The notes below the pieces were generated by a model. The model did not search any database. It was not told the origin of the DNA and saw only the letters and a program-made list of their open reading frames with translations. DNA of 63,569 bases from contig QJZS01000200.1 in the NCBI GenBank assembly GCA_003247345.1, forward strand, positions 1 to 63,569. Reading direction: 5' to 3'. Shown one piece after another: positions 60,295 through 63,569 of the stretch. Within the stretch, counting starts at the first letter, position 1. Each line of letters opens with the position of its first letter. The stretch is from Spirochaetales bacterium. Lineage in GTDB: Bacteria; Spirochaetota; Spirochaetia; Sphaerochaetales; Sphaerochaetaceae. A program made the translations under genes and the position numbers.

Positions 60295-61542
60295 TTATAG
60301 TATGTCTTTGTATGCACTTTCAAGCAATACACCCATCCGTTGGCATGTGTATGTCGCTCCGAAGGCAGCGATATAAGAATCAATGAGAATTCCCAACCCG
60401 TTGAGTATCGGCATCATGGCAACAAGGGTCATCTGAGCTCCGTAGAGATCTATTTTCAAAAATTGCAGGACAATTATGGCAATGAAGAACACTTCATACC
60501 CCAGATAGAGAGGACTTGCAAAGGAGAACAGGGCACTGGTAAGTGCTACCACTAGGATTACCTGATCGGTGGGCATGGTCTGTGCGGATGCATAAATCAA
60601 ACTCAGGATACTCAGGGTAGCAATCATAGCAGAACCGCCTCTTCCAATTAAGGTGTATAGCGGGATCGCTGTTGCACTTACTCGTTTCTGGCATCCTAGG
60701 TTATGTCTTGAAAGGGGTATGCTGATTGGGCTGGAGAAGAAAATACTGCCGGTAAACAATGCTGCGCTTGCTGGGGCAATCATTCGATATAAAACCACAT
60801 ACGGATTTGCTCTGAAGCGGGTTGCGAGTCCAAACATCAAAGGAAGTAGTACCAGAAGTACTGTGAACGTTGATACCAACAGCATAATGAGGAATTTCCC
60901 TGCGACGAAGATGGTTCCTTCTTGCTGGAGATGACTGAACCAATAGGATGCAGCGAAGAAAACAAACAGATGGCCTGCTGTACCGAAAGCTCTTGTAAGA
61001 CGGAACATCGTCTCACTCAGGGAATTCATTGTAACGTACGCTGGTCTAATAACTTCTACGTTAGGTTTCAGAAAATATCCGAATACCAATGCAATGATGA
61101 TAATGGGAAGTAAAAAGCTTTCTGCATTTACCAAGGTATAAAAGGGGTTGATTGGTAAAAGTGAGTTGAACAGTGTAGACAGAGATTGGGGAGCTAGGGC
61201 AGAAAGAGAAGATGCATCCGTACCTGCACTACTGCTTGCAGGAAAGTAGGATGGCAGCACTCGAAATATAAAAGCACCACATAGGGAAAGCACCAATGTG
61301 GTAAATATACTCCAGAGTATGGTGGTCCGTGCAAATATGAAGCCTTTGCTGTCTTTTCTCAGGGAAGCTATACCTGAAGAAAATCCAAAGAATACCAAAG
61401 GAATAAGTACGAACCCACCCAATTGAACAAAAAGGGCGGAGATGGTGTACATCAACTGGGCAAAGCCAGTTGAGTCCCCAAACAACAGGGTTGCAGCCAG
61501 CGCAAGAGCGGTTGCAGCAAGATAGCTAATCCACGTCTTCAT
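60295..61542 (-). CDS. Divergent dicarboxylate/amino acid:cation symporter (DAACS/SDF-like)
   Basis: IPLVF..SGIASL, LLPINPF..L, IIIALVFG scaffold pattern; transport-domain motifs are degenerate. Confidence 0.7.
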   Translation of the reverse strand: MKTWISYLAATALALAATLLFGDSTGFAQLMYTISALFVQLGGFVLIPLVFFGFSSGIASLRKDSKGFIFARTTILWSIFTTLVLSLCGAFIFRVLPSYFPASSSAGTDASSLSALAPQSLSTLFNSLLPINPFYTLVNAESFLLPIIIIALVFGYFLKPNVEVIRPAYVTMNSLSETMFRLTRAFGTAGHLFVFFAASYWFSHLQQEGTIFVAGKFLIMLLVSTFTVLLVLLPLMFGLATRFRANPYVVLYRMIAPASAALFTGSIFFSSPISIPLSRHNLGCQKRVSATAIPLYTLIGRGGSAMIATLSILSLIYASAQTMPTDQVILVVALTSALFSFASPLYLGYEVFFIAIIVLQFLKIDLYGAQMTLVAMMPILNGLGILIDSYIAAFGATYTCQRMGVLLESAYKDIL

Positions 61543-61594
61543 AGTATCCAAGAGTATCTTATCAACCCTGGCAAGTCAATCAAACAGAGCTAAG

Positions 61595-63569
61595 TTACCC
61601 CAGCAGTCGGTCAAGCTTGTAGAGTGCCTGCATCTCTGCTTCCATAAGCACTTTTACGTACGACTGTACGTTAGTCATTCCTTTCTTGATCGCAAGGGAA
61701 AGGGCAGATAGGAAGATGATCTCTTGCATTGCCTCCTTGTTGTACCAAGTTACTCCTTGGTACTCGTTAACTTGAGCATAGGCACGAAGCTTTGGATCGC
61801 TAAGCAAAATCGAAAGAATCTGTTTGGGATCTTCGATACTGTCCTCGATCATGTTCGCACTACTTGCCAATATTGCAGCACTATGGCAGGCTTTTCGAGC
61901 CAAATCATTTTCGAACCCTGCTTCCGAAAGTTGTTCAGAGAAGAAGCGGAAAAGCAGAAGTTTGTCACTTGCGACCATTGCTTCACTGATGGTAGCATCA
62001 TCATCCAAGAAGGGTTTGAGGAAAAGTGATGCAGCAATTACGGCATCCATCTCGTCTAGGATGCTCCCTCCTTGCCTTAGGAGTCGACTATCTTCTTTCT
62101 TGAATATTGAACTCATCCTTTGCACTTCCTCTAGCATAGCAACAGGCTGAATTTCTCTAGGGATTGAGGGTAATGATTTTTTTGCCTCAGGATGTAAATT
62201 CTCTATGGTTGCAGAGAGATAGGTATACGCTTCAGCTAGAAGCAGGATAAGTTTGCGCTCTGTCTTGCTGTTTGCATTCCCAGTTCTCATGAGTCTGATT
62301 TGCTTGTAGAAACCAGGAGAAAGGAAGTGTTCCATTGCTTTGTAGATTGGCTTAAGCCGTAAAGCAAGTATTTCCTGGTCAAAATTTGCAATTCCTTGAT
62401 CACCGACTCTTTCATACAGAGTGGAGTACACCCCATCAGAATCCTCTACTTCACGGATATTGAGATATACTTTGGTTTCAAATCCTTGCAGATTTAAATA
62501 GAATCCTTCATCAAAGATTTTCAAGGAGGGGCGCATGTAGGTAAGCCCATCACTAAAGCAATCTGTGAGGACATATCTCCTACCGCCTACTGTCAGATTC
62601 AACGATTCTGCTAAATTGGAAGTCTCAGTGAATTTATCATCCTTCACTTTTTTGAGTTTTGGCACAGTATTCTTAATCCACCCATCTACGGCCTCGTACT
62701 GGTTGTTGTACAGAACCAGTACCCGTTCGTGTTCGGTACCATTCACATAACAGAATGCCGATTGTTGCACCATCCCGTCATGATACAAATCAAATAGTTG
62801 GAAATAATCTACTCCGCTGAACAGATAGCGTTTTTCCAACAGAGGGAAAATTCTTCTTGCATGTTGGTCAATGAGATATTGATTGGGCTTTTCATCCCAA
62901 TAGGCACGACGATATTCCATACCGTACTTTTCTCGGTATCCCTCGATCTGCCCATGTCCGAACATAGGAAGCCCCGGCATGGTTGCAAGCAGGGTGCATA
63001 CCCCGAAGTATTTATCTCCATCCCCAAACTGGGTAATGGCAGTCTCTTCATCGGGGTTGTTCATGAAATTGACAAAGCGCTTGAGGATTTCAGGATCGAA
63101 AACCAAGGTATTCTTGATAGTCTCTCGGTATTTTTGGTTTTCTTGGTTCTTGAGCATATTCATGAAAGCACTGTTATATACCCGATGCATTCCAAGTGTA
63201 CGTACAAAGTAGCTTTCCATCATCCAGAAGGCTTCTGCAAGTAACAGAGTATCCGGAAGTTCTTCATTCAGCCTATCTACCACTTCTCTCCAGAACTCCT
63301 TGGGAATCCGGTCGTTGAAAGTAGCATCGTCCAAGCCATATTGCGCTCTTCCTGCAATGTCTCCACCATGTCCTGGTTTTGGATACCAGAGCCTTTGTAT
63401 ATGTTTCTTAGCCAACGTCATTGCGGCATCAAAACGAATGATGGGGAAGTTGCTAGCAACATGCTTTATCTGTTGATAAACAGCCTCTCGGGTCACTGGG
63501 TTCAAATAATCAAGCTGGGCAGTGTCGTTCCAGGGCATCGAAGTTCCGTCGTTGCCATGGAAGATGTAA
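61595..63569 (-). CDS. Large alpha-amylase family (GH13) protein, 5' end outside the window
   Basis: Frame is open to the window edge (YIFHGNDGTSMPWNDTAQL); catalytic-like motifs IRFDAAM, LLAEAFW, NNPDE and PGLPMFGHGQ. Confidence 0.85.
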   Translation of the reverse strand, partial: YIFHGNDGTSMPWNDTAQLDYLNPVTREAVYQQIKHVASNFPIIRFDAAMTLAKKHIQRLWYPKPGHGGDIAGRAQYGLDDATFNDRIPKEFWREVVDRLNEELPDTLLLAEAFWMMESYFVRTLGMHRVYNSAFMNMLKNQENQKYRETIKNTLVFDPEILKRFVNFMNNPDEETAITQFGDGDKYFGVCTLLATMPGLPMFGHGQIEGYREKYGMEYRRAYWDEKPNQYLIDQHARRIFPLLEKRYLFSGVDYFQLFDLYHDGMVQQSAFCYVNGTEHERVLVLYNNQYEAVDGWIKNTVPKLKKVKDDKFTETSNLAESLNLTVGGRRYVLTDCFSDGLTYMRPSLKIFDEGFYLNLQGFETKVYLNIREVEDSDGVYSTLYERVGDQGIANFDQEILALRLKPIYKAMEHFLSPGFYKQIRLMRTGNANSKTERKLILLLAEAYTYLSATIENLHPEAKKSLPSIPREIQPVAMLEEVQRMSSIFKKEDSRLLRQGGSILDEMDAVIAASLFLKPFLDDDATISEAMVASDKLLLFRFFSEQLSEAGFENDLARKACHSAAILASSANMIEDSIEDPKQILSILLSDPKLRAYAQVNEYQGVTWYNKEAMQEIIFLSALSLAIKKGMTNVQSYVKVLMEAEMQALYKLDRLLG

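Overview
This is the replication-origin region of a spirochaete chromosome, most likely Sphaerochaeta-like. That assignment is inferred from gene order and protein features, not from a database search. The core is radA-PPIase-parB-parA / nifU / a 1.2 kb non-coding parS array / gyrA-gyrB <> dnaA-[oriC]-dnaN-recF-dciA-rpmH-rnpA-yidC-jag. The flanks are housekeeping and metabolic genes: a GH28, tdk/deoC, five tRNAs plus SRP RNA, dnaX-ebfC-recR, nagA-pepD, fprA, metK, murA, rsmE, ctpA, lgt, gpmI and a GH13. I saw no CRISPR array, IS element or prophage. The most notable signals are mostly non-coding: (1) a second, gene-free cluster of co-oriented DnaA boxes around an AT-rich core about 11.5 kb from oriC; (2) about a dozen genes, including dnaA and parA, whose sigma70 promoters end 6-8 nt before the start codon with no Shine-Dalgarno, suggesting leaderless mRNAs, one pair sharing a symmetric bidirectional -10; (3) a SAM-II-like riboswitch with an anti-SD relay upstream of metK; (4) five parS sites, one inside a CDS. 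Unusual proteins include a membrane- and Zn-finger-fused NUDIX hydrolase, an HTH-less sigma54-type AAA+ protein with a degenerate GAFTGA loop, an Asp-type MurA and a frameshifted M48 gene. All calls come from manual reading and motif recognition.
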